Source: Blastocladiella emersonii ATCC 22665 (Eukaryota > Fungi > Blastocladiomycota). From it: DNA of 64,000 bases. Each line of letters starts with the position of its first letter. The first letter of the stretch is position 1. A program made the position numbers and the translations under genes. A model generated the notes under the pieces. The model was not told where the DNA came from. It ran no database searches and saw only the letters and a list, made by a program, of their open reading frames with translations. The stretch lies in NCBI GenBank assembly GCA_025594325.1, contig JANHCV010000002.1:1364001-1428000 (forward strand), given 5' to 3'. Shown here piece after piece: positions 43,939-56,359 of the stretch.

Positions 43939-46900
43939 TCACCGGTTCCCCATGACTGAGCCCCGCCGCGACGATGTCCGCGTCGGCGAGGCGACGCCCC
44001 ACACCGGCTCGCCCGGTGTTGCGCCGGACCCCGACCCGGCCGCCGCCGCCATCCCGCCCGTCGCCGCAATGTTGGTCTGGTGGCGGCTCGTCTGCTCGAA
44101 GGGCGTTGCGGGCACGTCGCTGACGTCGGGGTACGACCCCATGCCGTTGCGCCCGGCGTCGAGGTAGTGCGAGTCGAACTCGAGCACCTCCTCGTCCTCA
44201 AGATCGAGGTTCGCCATCGTCTCGAGCGCGTGCGACACGGCGGCCGCGGCGGCCGAGCTCGGCCGGCGGCCCGCGCCACCCTCGCCTGGGATCCCGAGGT
44301 TGGCCCCGGGCGTCTGCGCGAGCACCGGGTACCGCGGCGTCGCGCGGTCGTCGTCGAGCCCGCCGCTGCCGCCGCCCACATTGCTGAACGGCGTCTCGAG
44401 CGTGCTCGGCCGCCGCGAGTCGGTCCCCGTCAGCACGTCGAGCTCGCGCGACCCCATGGACGAGGCGATCCCGCGGGTCCACGCGGTACCCGGCGGCATG
44501 TCCGAGTCGACGCCTTCGGCGACGCTGCCGAGCTCCATGCCGTGCGCTGTCGACACGCGCCGCGACGCGGCCGTGCTGGGCGCGCGCGCGTCCGGCGTCG
44601 AGGTGCCCGAGAGCCCGCCGATGCCCGTGCCGGTGAGCACCGATTGTCGCCGCTGCATCTGGATCACGCCCGTCCGCTTCTCGGCCTCGAGCAGCCGCTT
44701 GGCCGTCATGAGCCTACACGCGCTCCGTGTCAGCTTGAACCTCTTTCATCCCGCTCGCGCGAAATTACGCACCATGAATTGGAGTACGAGTGGACCACCA
44801 GGCGCAGATTCTTGCGATCGTCGCTGAGCAGCTCGAGGTCGCCCGAGTCCTGGATCAGGCTCTCGCACAGCCCAAACAGGTCCTTTTCGAGCTGGTGCAG
44901 CTCGTCGTCCCACGACTCGTCGGGCGCCTTGCGGCCCGACTTGATGAGCAGGTGCACCATCCACCGCACCAGCGAGTTGTGTAGCTTGATGTTTTCTACG
45001 ACGGAATCGAGGGTCAGGTTTGCTTCGCGCCTCGCCGTTTGCCGGTTACGTACGCTCGTTGCGAAGCTCGGAGTCGTTGGCGAGCTGGTCCGACACCTTG
45101 ATGAGCCACGCCTCGACGTTGGCCGGGAGCCGCCGCTCGTCGCCCGACGACGACGCGGCCATCATGGCTACACGATCGCACTGTCAGTTACTGAACCCAC
45201 CCACAACACTACCCCAAGCCGTACCGACGAGCACCGAGATCTGGTCGTGCCAGCTACTGAGCGACTCCTTGAGCAGCGCGCGCTCCGAGTTGCTGAGCGG
45301 GCGCGTGTTGTCGCGCGACGAGAAGAGCGAGTACCGGTCCTCGAGCTGGTTCTGCAGCGAGATGACCTGAGACGCGACGCCGTCGTCGCCCGAGACGCGC
45401 GACCGCATACGAGCGATCCAGTTCTCGAGCTCCTCCTTGAGGTGGAACAGCCGGTTCTGCAGCTCCACGTACTCCTTGCCGCTGCTCGACTTCTCGTTCT
45501 TCTTGAGCAGCGCCCCGCCCAGCGCCACCCACCCCTCGAGCGACCGCTGCAGGCCCGTCAGGTCGTCCATGATGTGCTCGTCGCGGTCCGACGTGTACCG
45601 CGTGCTGACCTGGTTGATGTGGTCGACCCACCGCTTCAGCATGTCCTGCACCGACTTGGTCTCGAACATGAGCAGCGTCCGCGCGCGGTCCATGGTCTGC
45701 ACCTCCTCGGCCGGCTCGGGCACCATGTTCGGGTCCTCCCACGGTAGCACGGGCGGGTTCGCCGTGGGCCGCACGCCGCGCGCACTGTTGCCGCGAGGCC
45801 GGCCGCCCGCGCCGGGCACGTTGAGGGTCCCGCCCGCGGCGTGCCCGCCACCGCCCGAGGTGCGGTGGTCGGTCGGCGCCTCGGCCGTGTCGTCGATCTC
45901 GAGCGATTTTTGGAGTGTGCGGATCTCGCGCAGCGTGCGGCCGAGGACCGACAGGCACTTGTTGTCCTCGTGGTCGATGCCGTGGGCGCGGGTCTTGAGC
46001 TCGCCCATCCACTCGTCGATGCGGCGCTCAATCCCGTCGACCTCGGTGCGGTAGTGCGTCGACATGATGGAAATGATATGGTTGACGGCGCGCAGGCGTC
46101 CATACTCGTACTTCTGCAGGATGGCCACGTCGGGGAGCCCGTGCTCGCTGCCGATGCGCAGCGCGAGGTGCGTCGCGGCGTCGACCCACACCTTCTTCTC
46201 GAGGTCGATGCTGCGGATCGACTGCTCGAGGCGGCGCCGCTGCATGCGGTACAGGTTGTGGTACTCGGTGAGCGTGGCGTCGACCGTCTCGCTGCGGGCG
46301 AGCGCGTCCAGCAGACCAACGCGCCCACCCTCACCCTGCTCGGCGACCAGCGTATCGGCGCGCTGGATCGCCGCGAGGTGCTCGCCGAGCGTGCGCATGG
46401 CGTCGCGCGTACGCAGCAGCTCATTGGACAGGCGGCGGTTGATGACGCGCTCGGCGCACAGCTCCGAGTACACGCCCTTGACGACGCGCGGGATCTGCGC
46501 GAACATGTTGGCGTACCGCTTGCGCAGCTCGCCCAGGATCTCGCCGCGCTCGATCATGTGCAGCGTCACCTGCCGTACCATCTCCTGGAACACCGAGTCG
46601 AAGATGGTGTGCTCGTCCTCGGCGAGCCGCAGCAGCGCGCGGATCTCGTTCGGGTACTCGTGGTGCGGGTTCGCCGCGCCCAGCCGCGCCAGCATCGCGT
46701 GCATGTTCTCGCGCAGCGCAATCACGTCCTTGCGCGCCGCCTGTACCGCGATCGTCGTCGTATTCGCTGGCCCGCCCGCGGCGGCCCCGGCGCCGCCGCT
46801 GCCCGCGCTTCCGTTGCCGTTGACGGGAGAGACGCGGCCCGCGAACTGCGCGCCAGCCGCGGTCATGGACTCGCCCATGATGGCCTGCAGCAGGCCTTCG

Positions 46901-47157
46901 GCGCCAGGCGCAATCGAAGAGTTGTGCTGCTTGAGCCCCTGTGCACCGCCTGCGCCGCCGAACCCGGGGAGAGGTAGAAGCGAGACGTCGCGGCCTGCCG
47001 ACTGCGGCGACTCTTCGATGGCATCGAGACCCATGAACCCGCCGCGCAGGCCGCCGCCGCGTTTGGCCTTGCCGGCGCGAGACCGGCGTCGTGTCGACAG
47101 GTCGATTTCATCGAGTTTCGGAAGGTCCTCGAGGACCGAGGCGGGTAGATGTGACAT
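43939..47157 (-). CDS. AXDND1: Axonemal dynein light chain domain-containing protein (AXDND1-like)
   Basis: ARKDVIALRENMHAML...EHTIFDSVFQEMVRQVTLHMIERGEILGELRKRY (p28/DNALI1-like domain) followed by long coiled coils. Three GT-AG introns join ORFs 45184-47157, 44730-44969 and 43939-44709. Confidence 0.8.
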
Positions 47158-47326
47158 GTTATTGCTTCATCTGAGTGCGGAACGCGAGAAGGGAGGGCAA
47201 CGGCAAAGAAGCGAGGGCGCGAGACGCGTCGCTCACCACGCGTCGATTATCGCGTGACAGCCGCGTGATGTCTCGCAGCGCGACTCCGTGCGAGGCAAGT
47301 CGAAAGTCGCAAATATATTCTCAGAT

Positions 47327-50300
47327 CTAACCCCACACGTCCTCAATGTAATGCCCGGCGTTGCGCAGCGCATCCACGTGCGCGTCGCCGTCGCCGCCCA
47401 GCTTGGCCGCAAAGATCCCCGTGATAGCCGCCGCCACGTCCTTGGCCATCCCGCGCGCCGACCCGCAGATGTAGAAGACGGCCTTGCGCTCGTGCAGCAG
47501 GTCGAACACGAGGTCGGCCTCGGCCTGGATCGCGTGCTGGACGTACTTGGCCTTAGCCGCGGGGTCGCGCGAGTAGGCGACGTGGAGCTTGGTGAGGACG
47601 CCCTCGCTGACGTACTGCTGCAGCTCTTCGCCGTGGATCAAGTCGTGCTGCGGATGGCGGCACCCAAAGAAGAGGTGCGACTCGGCCGTCGTCCCGCGCG
47701 CCTTGCGCTCCTGCAGGAAGCTGAGGAACGGCGCGAGCCCGGTGCCCGCGCACACCATGACGACGGGCGTGTCAGCGCCCTCAACGGGCAGGTGGAACGC
47801 GTCGGGACACGGTTTGACGAGTGAGTGCACCTGGTGGCCCGGCTCGACGCGCTGCAGGAACGACGCGCACAGGCCAAGCGGGCCGACGCCGACGCACAGC
47901 GACACGCGGCCGGGCGTGAGCCGCGCGCTCGACGCGATCGAGTACCGCCGAGGGAACACGGGCGCCGCGTGTGTCAGGACGTCGGGGAGCGTGATGCCCG
48001 GCGCCGCCTGGATCGCGTCGCCCGCGCTGCGGAACGACGTCGTGACGCGCTTGGTGACGTTTGCGTCCTTGTGCCGGATCGCCGTCGCCGTGGCCTCGTC
48101 GCCCTGCCGCGTTGCAACGACTTCGGCGAGCGGCGCGCGGACCATGCCCGCGAGATCAACAAAGTACGTCAGCGCGTCGCGCACGCGGCACGCGCGGTCG
48201 ACGCCGATCGACGCCGCGGGCGATTTCGGGTTCGCGATCGTGCCGCGGAGGAGGAACGCCGAGTCGAGGTCGAGCCCGAGGTGCTGCGCGACGGCCGCGA
48301 CCATGGCCGGGTCGTTCTCGGGCCACACCTCGAAGTGGTCGCCCTCGCGGTACGTCGGGACGGCGCCCGAGTCCGACGATGACGGGGTGAGCTCGAACTC
48401 GATGTGGCGCGTCGATTTGCCCTCGATGCCCTCGATCCCCTCGACGGGCCGCAGCAGCTCGCGGTTGACGATCAGCTTGGCGGCCGGGTGCGATGCGGGA
48501 CGCACAGGCGCGACGCCGTCCCCCGAGACCAGCTCGACCTGGAGCTCGACGAGCGACATGGCGCTCTGCATCATCGGGTGCTCCTTGGCATCCGACAGCG
48601 GCGCGGCGATGCTGAGCAGGTCCTGGACCGCGACCCAGAACCGCGCGTGCCACGCCGTAAAGTGGGCATCGATATCGCCGTCGGCGTCGCCCGCGCCGAC
48701 GGGCAGCAGCCGCTCGCCGCCGAGCTCGTTGACCCGCGCGTCGACGTACTGCGGGAACGCCTGGAACGTGCGCGACCACTGGCTGTTGCCGCACCCGAAC
48801 ACCGCGTACGTGAGCCCCGCCAGCGGCTGCGCCGCGGGGTCCGCGGCCTTGAGCCACGCGGCCGCCGCGACCGCGTTGTCCGGCGGCGACCCGTTGTACG
48901 TCGACGTGATAAAGACGTGCAGCGCCGACTTGTCGATGCTCGCGGGCGACGCGGCCCACGCGTCGAGCGTCATGGTCGTCGCCGGGAGGTGGAACCGCTT
49001 GGCCGTGGCCTCGAGCTGGTGCGCGAAATCGGCCGACGTGCCCATGTTCGACGCGTACACGACGACGACGTTCTTGGACCGGCCCTCGGCCGAGTCGGGG
49101 AGCGAGGCGAGGAGCGAGGTGCTGCCGAGCGCCGGGTCCTTGGCAGCGAGCTGCGCGGACGTGGTGGCGAGGTCGGCCAGCTCGGGCAGCGAGTCGCGCT
49201 TGTGGACCGTGAGCCGGAGACTCGTCGGACGCAGCGTGAGCGCCTTGAGGTCGTACGGCAGCGGGACGGGCCCGTCGTACTCGAACGTGAACTTGCGGAC
49301 GAGCGTGGCGAGCGCGATCTTGGCCTCTTGCATCGCAAAGGCCATGCCGATACACGACCGCTCGCCCGAGCTGAACGGCAGCCATGCGTACGGGTGCCGC
49401 TTGGCCTCGTTCTCCTTGCTGAAGTGCTCCGGATTGAACACGTCCGGGTTCGCGCCCCACGCGTCGCGGTTGCGGTGCATGCCGACAATGTTGACGAGCA
49501 TGATGTCGCCAGCGTTGACGCGGGTCCCGCCCCCGATCACCGTCGAGCTCTTGCACGCCTTGAACAGGCCGGGCGCCGGCGGGTACAGGCGCAGCGACTC
49601 CTTGAGCACCATGGTCGTGTACGTGAGCTGGCCGAGCTGCTGCTGCGTGATGGGCGCGGCGGGGTCGCGCCCGCACACCCGCACCGCCTCCTCGAGCACC
49701 TTGGCCTCGACCGCGGGCGACTGCGTCAGCAGCCACAGCGTCCACGACAGCAGCGTCGCCGTGGTCTCGTGGCCGGCGATCAGGAACGTGACACATTGGT
49801 CGATGATGTTCTGGTCGTCCAGTTTCTCGCCCGACTCGGTCGTGGCCGTCAGCATGAAGTTGAGCAGGTCGCGCTTGTTGGCGTCGGGCGCGGCGTGGCG
49901 CTGCTGGAGCACTTGGTTAACCGTGTCCTGCATCAACTTAACGCCCGCGTCGAACCGGTAGTTGCGCGCCGTCGGGATCATTTTGTACAGCCGGATGTGG
50001 TTGTCCCGTTCCTTGGACTCGTTCAAGCAGAAGTTCATGGCGTCGATCTACACGTATGACACGGGTCAGCGGCCGGCCATGGAAACGAGGATAAACAGAA
50101 CGTACAAATGGATGCAGCAGCGCGTCCGGCCCGTCAAGAAGACCGAACGTGGTCCCGAACCCGCACATCGAGATGGTCTCGAGCGCGAAGCGCGTCATCC
50201 ACTGCGGAATGTCGACAACCTGGCCGTCCATCTGCTCGAGCGAGCCGACGAGCTTGGTCGTGGCGTCGAGCATGTCGGGCAGGTACATCTTCATGGCGCC

Positions 50301-51120
50301 GGCGCTGAAGGTGGGCGTGAGCAGCTTGTGCGCGGGCGCCCACTTGGGGTCGGACGTGTCGGTCGTGAAGAGGCCACGGCCGCCGAGGGCCTGCAGCTCG
50401 GCAAAGACACCCGCGATCTACACAAGTAACGTGGTGAGTTGACGGCGTGAGCGCGGAAGGCACGAAGGACCGCGTACCTTCTTGGTGAAGAAGGGCGACT
50501 CGTTCATGACGGCCTCGACGAGCTCGGGGTCGCTGGTGGCCACGAGCGGGATGTTGAAGGCACGCATGCGGAACGTCTTGCCATAGTCGCGGGTGAAGTT
50601 GCGCATGGCGGCGATAAAGTCGGGCGCGAGCTGGTGGACGTTGCCGAACACTGGGAGACCCGGCGGGCCGACATCCTGCTTGATGGTGAGCTTGCCCTCG
50701 ACGACGTGCAGCTTGGCAAACTGGGCGAGCGTCGCCGGCAGGAGATCGAGGACGGGCCGCTTGTCCTCGGTGACAAGGTACCACTCTACACGCGCGGACA
50801 GGGTGAGTTCGGTGGATACGAACGTAGAGTGAGGAGTGACGCGAACCATCGCCAGTGAGGCCGAGCTTGGCCGTGATCTGGGCGCGAATCTCGGGGGCCG
50901 TGGTCGTCGGCGCGTAGTGGATGGCGGCCTCGATGCCCGAGGCAACGACCGTGGTTGCCTTGACGGCGGCTGAGTCGGCCGAGGTCGGAGACAGGCGCGG
51001 TGACTTGAGCGAGAAGGCCGAGCCGATGGAGCTCAGGAGGCCCTTCTTGGCAGGCTGCTGCGCGACGGGGCACTCGCCGCCCTCGCTGCTGTCGGCTGTC
51101 ACGATCGGTACAGGCGACAT
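47327..51120 (-). CDS. Self-sufficient cytochrome P450-NADPH reductase fusion (CYP505/CYP102-like) with an N-terminal extension
   Basis: Three introns. I-helix AGHETT, ESLR (ExxR), heme loop FSSGERSCIG, FMN ASNMGTS/STYNGSPPDNA/FGCGNSQW, FAD RRYSIASS, NADPH AGTGLAPF and YICGS, and terminal DVWG*. Confidence 0.95.
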
Positions 51121-51782
51121 GATGGGGTTCGTCTATCGCATTTCATTCATATGCTGAAGAATGAAAGAGCGCAAGGCGCGAGGGACCATGAGCGACCGAG
51201 ACGCGACACGCGCGCGCGGGTGTCCGCAGGCGTGATTTCGCTCCATCGCCCACACGCGCGCGCATCGATCGCGGGTTCCTCTGCACAATAGCCCGCACCA
51301 GCAAGTCAGCGAGCGGCCGGGGCGGGAGACGCGGTGCGAGACACGGCGGAACGCGTCGCGTTGCACGCGTCGGGCGTCCCCGTGCGGCGCGCGTGACCGC
51401 CGCGAATTCGGCGCCTCTGCTCTTCGTCGCGCCCTCGTTTTCCCCCTCCCCGACCCACTCGCAGTCCCTCCTCAGTCGCGGCGAGGCACACGACGCCCCG
51501 CAACTGCACGCATCGACTCGGCCTCGGCGCGCCCGCCACGCCCTTCCGTTTGCTCTGCGCCTTGGATCCGGGGCGCTCTCCCCTGTCGGTCGCCCTCGCA
51601 ACCTTGGTCGCGCAACCGACCCACCCACCACGCACTCTCGCGCCGCAAGCGCTCTCGCACCCGCGCAGGAGACAGCGTGACGACGGTGGTTCCTGCGTTT
51701 GCACACGCCTTCCCCGCGCTCGCGCTACGCCACCACCCCCGCCACCCAGCACGACCACCATCCCCACTGCGACGCCGTCGTC

Positions 51783-54337
51783 ATGTTCAAGGTCGGCCCC
51801 GGCGGCGGCCCGTTTGGCCCCGGGTCCGGATCGGGCGCGTTTGGCGGCTCGGGCGGCAACGGCAGCGGCAATGGCGGCAACGGGACCGGCGCTGCCGCGC
51901 CGCCGCTCACGTTGCCCAAGGTGCTGCACTTTCTGCAGGCCGAGTGGCGCAAGTTTGAAATGGAGCGCAACTCGTGGGAGATTGAGCGTGCTGAGCTCGA
52001 GGTACGGCCTGTGTGTCGGCTGCGTTGGGTTGGGGGAAGCGCGAGTCTGACCGAGATCGTGTCGACGTGTAGAGCAAGGTCGCCGTCCTCGAGGGCGAGC
52101 GCCGCGGCCTCGAGAACGTCAAGTCGGACCTGATCAAGCGCATCAAGATGCTCGAGTTTGCCCTGCGCCAGGAGCGGTACGGCGAACCTTGCGCGTGGGT
52201 CATCTTCTGCGCCCGTCACTGACGAGCCCCGATCGCGTAGGATCAAGAACCTGCACACGCCGAGCGCAACGAGCGCACCGGGCAGTCCGGGCATCCCGTC
52301 CGCCGCCAACGCGGCCGTCATTGGCGCCCTGACGGGCACGATCCGCGGGCAGTCCCCGGTTGCCGCCGCTGCCGCGGCTTCTGCGCCTGCGCCCGCACCC
52401 GCGGCTGCTCCTGCGGCTGCGCCACCATCCTCCTCGACGACCGCGGAACCCGTGACGGAAACCGCAGCCGCCCCTCCATCTGCCGCTTCGCTGGCCGATA
52501 CGACCATCATGCCGTCGTCGGTCGTCGCGACATCCGCACCCGCACCTACGCCGGCACCCGTACCAGCGCCGTCCGTCACAGTATCTGGCCCACCACGAGA
52601 CCACCGCATCGTGCTGACGACGCGTGCGCGCGCCGACACCGCGCGCAGCCGCGACGTGCTCAAGGCGTACCTCAAGGAGGTCAACACGCTGTCGGCGGCG
52701 GCCTCGCGCGCGTCCGTGTCCCGCGGCGCCCTCGCAAACGACACGTTCGACCAGCCCGTTGCCGAGACGACTTCCGCGTCGTCCTACGGCGGTAGTTCCG
52801 CGGCAGCGGCCGACGGCTGGTCGTCGCACGGCGGCATGACCGACTCGCTGACGATTGCGAGGCGGAGCGGCGGTGGCAACGAGCAGGGGCACCAGGCGGC
52901 GCCCGAGTACACGATCCTCGGCCGGTCGAGCGCCATGCAGAGCGAGATCGGGAACACGACGACCATCTCGCCCACGACGTCCGACGAGAACCTCGCTGCG
53001 CTCGCGGGCGGCGCCGAGCGCAAGAAGGTGCCGCGCAGACAACGCAAAGAATGTACGTTACATTTCTCGTGTTGTTACGAAGCGATTGCTGACAGGCCAT
53101 CGCGAGGACAGCCATTAGTACCCGAAGCGGTGGGCTCGACAAGGACCTCGCGGCGCTGACGCTCAACGACTCGGGCACGCTGAGTCTCGCGGGCGGCGGC
53201 GCGTACCGCGGCGGCGTGCTCGACACGTCCGCCTCGGCCGACACCGACGACGCGAGCTCGCGCGCCGACGCGAACCCGTGGCGCAACGTGCACATGCTGC
53301 GTCACCACGTCGGGGCCGTGCGCATGGTGGATTTCCTGCCGAGCGAGGCGCTGCTCGCGTCCGCGTCCGAAGACCACACGGTCAAGCTGTGGTCGCTGAG
53401 CAAGAAGAAGCGCGACCAGGACGCGTACCTGACGCTGCGCGGGCACCGGTGCCCGGTCCTCGCCGTCGCGTTCGACTCGCAGAACGACTTCCTGTTCTCG
53501 GGCGGCGCCGACGCCTCGCTCATGGTCTGGAAGCTCACCAAGGACCGCACCCCGCACGCGGCCTACGACAAGCGCGTCCGGCTCACGCAGCTCGACGGGC
53601 ATACCGACGCGATCTGGGACCTCAAGACGCACCCGGCCGCACCGCTCCTCGCGTCGTGCTCGGCCGACGGAACCGTGCGCCTCTGGGACACGACGCTCGG
53701 GTCGACGCCGCTCCTCCACACGCTGCGGCTCGCCGAGACGAACGTCGGCGCCGGCGTCGTCCCGACCTCGGTCGCGTTCGTGCCCACGGACATGAAGAAG
53801 CTCGCCGTATCTCTATCCTCGGGCTCCGTCGCCCTCGTGGACCTCGAGACGTCGGCCGTGATCTCGACCTTCGACACGGGCACCACCGCGCAGGCCAACC
53901 GCGTGGTCACGCACCCGACGACGTCGCTCGCCGTGTCGGTGCACGAGGACCGCAGCGCGCGGTTCATCGACACGGCGTCGGGCGCGGTCATCCACCGCAT
54001 GGTCGCTGCGCACACCACGGCCGTCGCCGCCGCCGACATGCACCCGTCCGGCCTCACGCTCGTCACGGGCGGCCACGACTGCAGCGTGCGCGTGTGGGAC
54101 GTTGGTACCCGCGCGTGCGTGCACGAGGTCACGGGCCACCGCAAGCGCCGCGACGAGGGCGTCTGGAGTGTTCGGTTCGCCGCGATCCCGAGCTCCGCGG
54201 CGGTGCCACCAGCGAGTGGTGTGTTTGGGGCGACTGCGTCGGCAGCAGCGGGGGCGGCGGCGTCGGGAGCAGGAGGCACGCTGCTCGCGACGGGCGGCGC
54301 GGACGCTGTGGTCAAGGTGTACCAGCGCGGCGGGTAG
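51783..54337 (+). CDS. STRN: Striatin (STRIPAK scaffold, Pro11/Far8-like)
   Basis: LTLPKVLHFLQAEWRKFEMERNSWEIERAELE|SKVAVLEGERRGLENVKSDLIKRIKMLEFALRQER, low-complexity middle, and C-terminal WD40 repeats (LASASEDHTVKLW, GHTDAIWDL, GGHDCSVRVWD). Three introns. Confidence 0.93.
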
Positions 54338-54467
54338 CACCCACACGATTTTGGTTGGCGAGGAGGGGAAACCGAGGACGGGAAGCGAGAAGAGAAATAC
54401 ATTTCAGTTCCGAAAGCAACGCCGTTAGACATGTATTGCGGGGGTCTGGGTATGTGCGAGAGACAGT

Positions 54468-55868
54468 TTAGTGGAGGTGGGTGACGCCCTCGAACGTCTT
54501 GCCCTTGTACGCGTCGAGGCCCTCGCCGGCGTACGAGACGAGGGGCGAGATCTCGACCTCAGCACCCTCGGCGAAGGTGGCCCCAGCGGCCTCGAGGTAG
54601 CGGTGGTGCAGGTCGAGGATATCGCGGCGCGAGGTCGCGGGGGAGTCGACGCCGTCCTTGTTCTTGAGCGGCGAGAACTCGTCGCGGCGCTCGCCCTCGA
54701 ACACGGCAAACGAGTCGGTGAAGGGGAACACGTCGAAGATGAACAGCTCCATCTTGACGCCGTTCGGGGTCGACGGCGCCACCGTCTCGCCCGACGCCAG
54801 GTCGACGTGCGCGATCTTCTTGTGGGCGACGTGGTACTCGAGCTTGTCCTCGAACTCCTTGACGCGCTCGAGGAAGGCGCGCGTGTAGAAGTGGTTGGCG
54901 ATGTTGGCGGCCGAGAGGAGCAGGGCGCCGTCGGCGGGGTTGCGGGCAGCCGAGACCTCGGCGGGGATCTCCGAGTACTCGACGACGCCGTACTTGCCGT
55001 TGCGCAGGCACACGACGCCGACGGGCTCCTCGGGGTCCGTCTTGCGCACCGTCTTGGCGCCGACCTCGGCGCCCTTGACGATGTTGTAGCCGAGGAACAC
55101 AGGGTCGGCCACCTTGACGAGGCAGTTGTCGACGCAGTACGCGTGGATGTACTCGACGCCGTGCGCCTTCATGTGGGCGAGGATGCCCGCCGACTCGAGC
55201 GCCGCGTACACGCCGCCGTTGCCGTCGGGCGCCACGGCGAGGCGGTGCTTGGCCTCGAGGAAGATCTTGCCGTCCTTGGTCAGCGCGGGGAGCGTGCCCT
55301 GCTCGAAGAAGTGCACGTTGGCCTTGTCGAGGCCAAAGTACCCGTGCTTGTCGAAGAAGGCGACCGTGTCCTTGCGCGTCGGGCCCGACACCATCACGTA
55401 CCACGGCAGCTTGCCGCCGGCGACCGTCTGCAGGCGCGCCAGGCGCTCGGCCTGCAGCTGGAACAGCGACTTGGCCGACGGCAGCTTGATGTCGAAGCAC
55501 CCCTTGGGGTCCTTGGACCCGAGGCGCGTGCCCTGGCCGCCGGCCATGAGCAGCACGGCGACCTGGCCGGCCTTGATGGCGGCGAGGCCGGCCTCGCGGA
55601 ACGTGTTGAGCTGGTCGGGCGACGCCGACGCCGCCGACAGGAAGACCGACGAGGGCAGCGGCTCGATCTTGGTGGTCGACGTGTCGATGGCGGACGCGGC
55701 CATGGCGGTCGCGTGGATGCGGTTGACGCGGGCCGGGTCGATGGCGGCCAGCTGCGCCGCGTACTCGGCCTGCTCGGCCTCGGCCAGCGAGTCCCAGTAC
55801 GTGAAGACGTGGCCCTGGCCGGCCGCCTCGTACTTGGCCTTGAGCGTCGAGATGTCGATGGCGGTCAT
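54468..55868 (-). CDS. UAP1: UDP-N-acetylglucosamine pyrophosphorylase
   Basis: Intronless. LLMAGGQGTRLGSKDPKG, PSAKSLFQLQAERL, FFEQG, APDGNGGVY, CVDNCL, VVEYSE, ANIANHF, KMELFIFDVF, EFSPLKN. Confidence 0.96.
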   Translation of the reverse strand: MTAIDISTLKAKYEAAGQGHVFTYWDSLAEAEQAEYAAQLAAIDPARVNRIHATAMAASAIDTSTTKIEPLPSSVFLSAASASPDQLNTFREAGLAAIKAGQVAVLLMAGGQGTRLGSKDPKGCFDIKLPSAKSLFQLQAERLARLQTVAGGKLPWYVMVSGPTRKDTVAFFDKHGYFGLDKANVHFFEQGTLPALTKDGKIFLEAKHRLAVAPDGNGGVYAALESAGILAHMKAHGVEYIHAYCVDNCLVKVADPVFLGYNIVKGAEVGAKTVRKTDPEEPVGVVCLRNGKYGVVEYSEIPAEVSAARNPADGALLLSAANIANHFYTRAFLERVKEFEDKLEYHVAHKKIAHVDLASGETVAPSTPNGVKMELFIFDVFPFTDSFAVFEGERRDEFSPLKNKDGVDSPATSRRDILDLHHRYLEAAGATFAEGAEVEISPLVSYAGEGLDAYKGKTFEGVTHLH

Positions 55869-56359
55869 GGTTGGTTGATGCGTGGTGCGACTATGTGCAA
55901 GTGCAGGTAACGGGGAGAGCGGGGAGGGCGGGCGGGAGGAGAGTTTATATAGCACTGCACTCTGCACGCCTCGATAACGCGCACGCTTCGAGAGAAGAGG
56001 GAAGCGGTCAACCGCACGTGGCGGAACCGGTCAGGTGACGCGATCCAGTCGGGCGCGTCGTTCAGCTTTTTCGGCCGCGGCCGCCCGCCTTCGCCACCCG
56101 CCGCCCTTTCTGCCCTGCCCGCAGTGTCCCCCACTGTACCCGTAATCAGCCAGTCGGTCCGCCCAGTCTCTCGCTGCAGCCGCTCTGCTCTGCCTCGCAG
56201 CAGCTCATGTAACACACGCTGCCGTGCCCGGTCTAGCAGTCCCGTCCCGCGCGTCGAGCCGTGCCGTGCCGTGCCGCGCCACCCCGCCCTGGTCCGCCCA
56301 AAACCGTCTCCTCCTCTCCCCTCTCACTCCTCGACACGCAACCGAGATCACGAAACAGC

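Noticed and set aside
18420-47320. RFX X-box motifs in flagellar gene promoters
   Set aside because: Only weak half-sites (e.g. GTTGCAATGTGGCAC near 18435); no match to GTNRCC-N0-3-RGYAAC.
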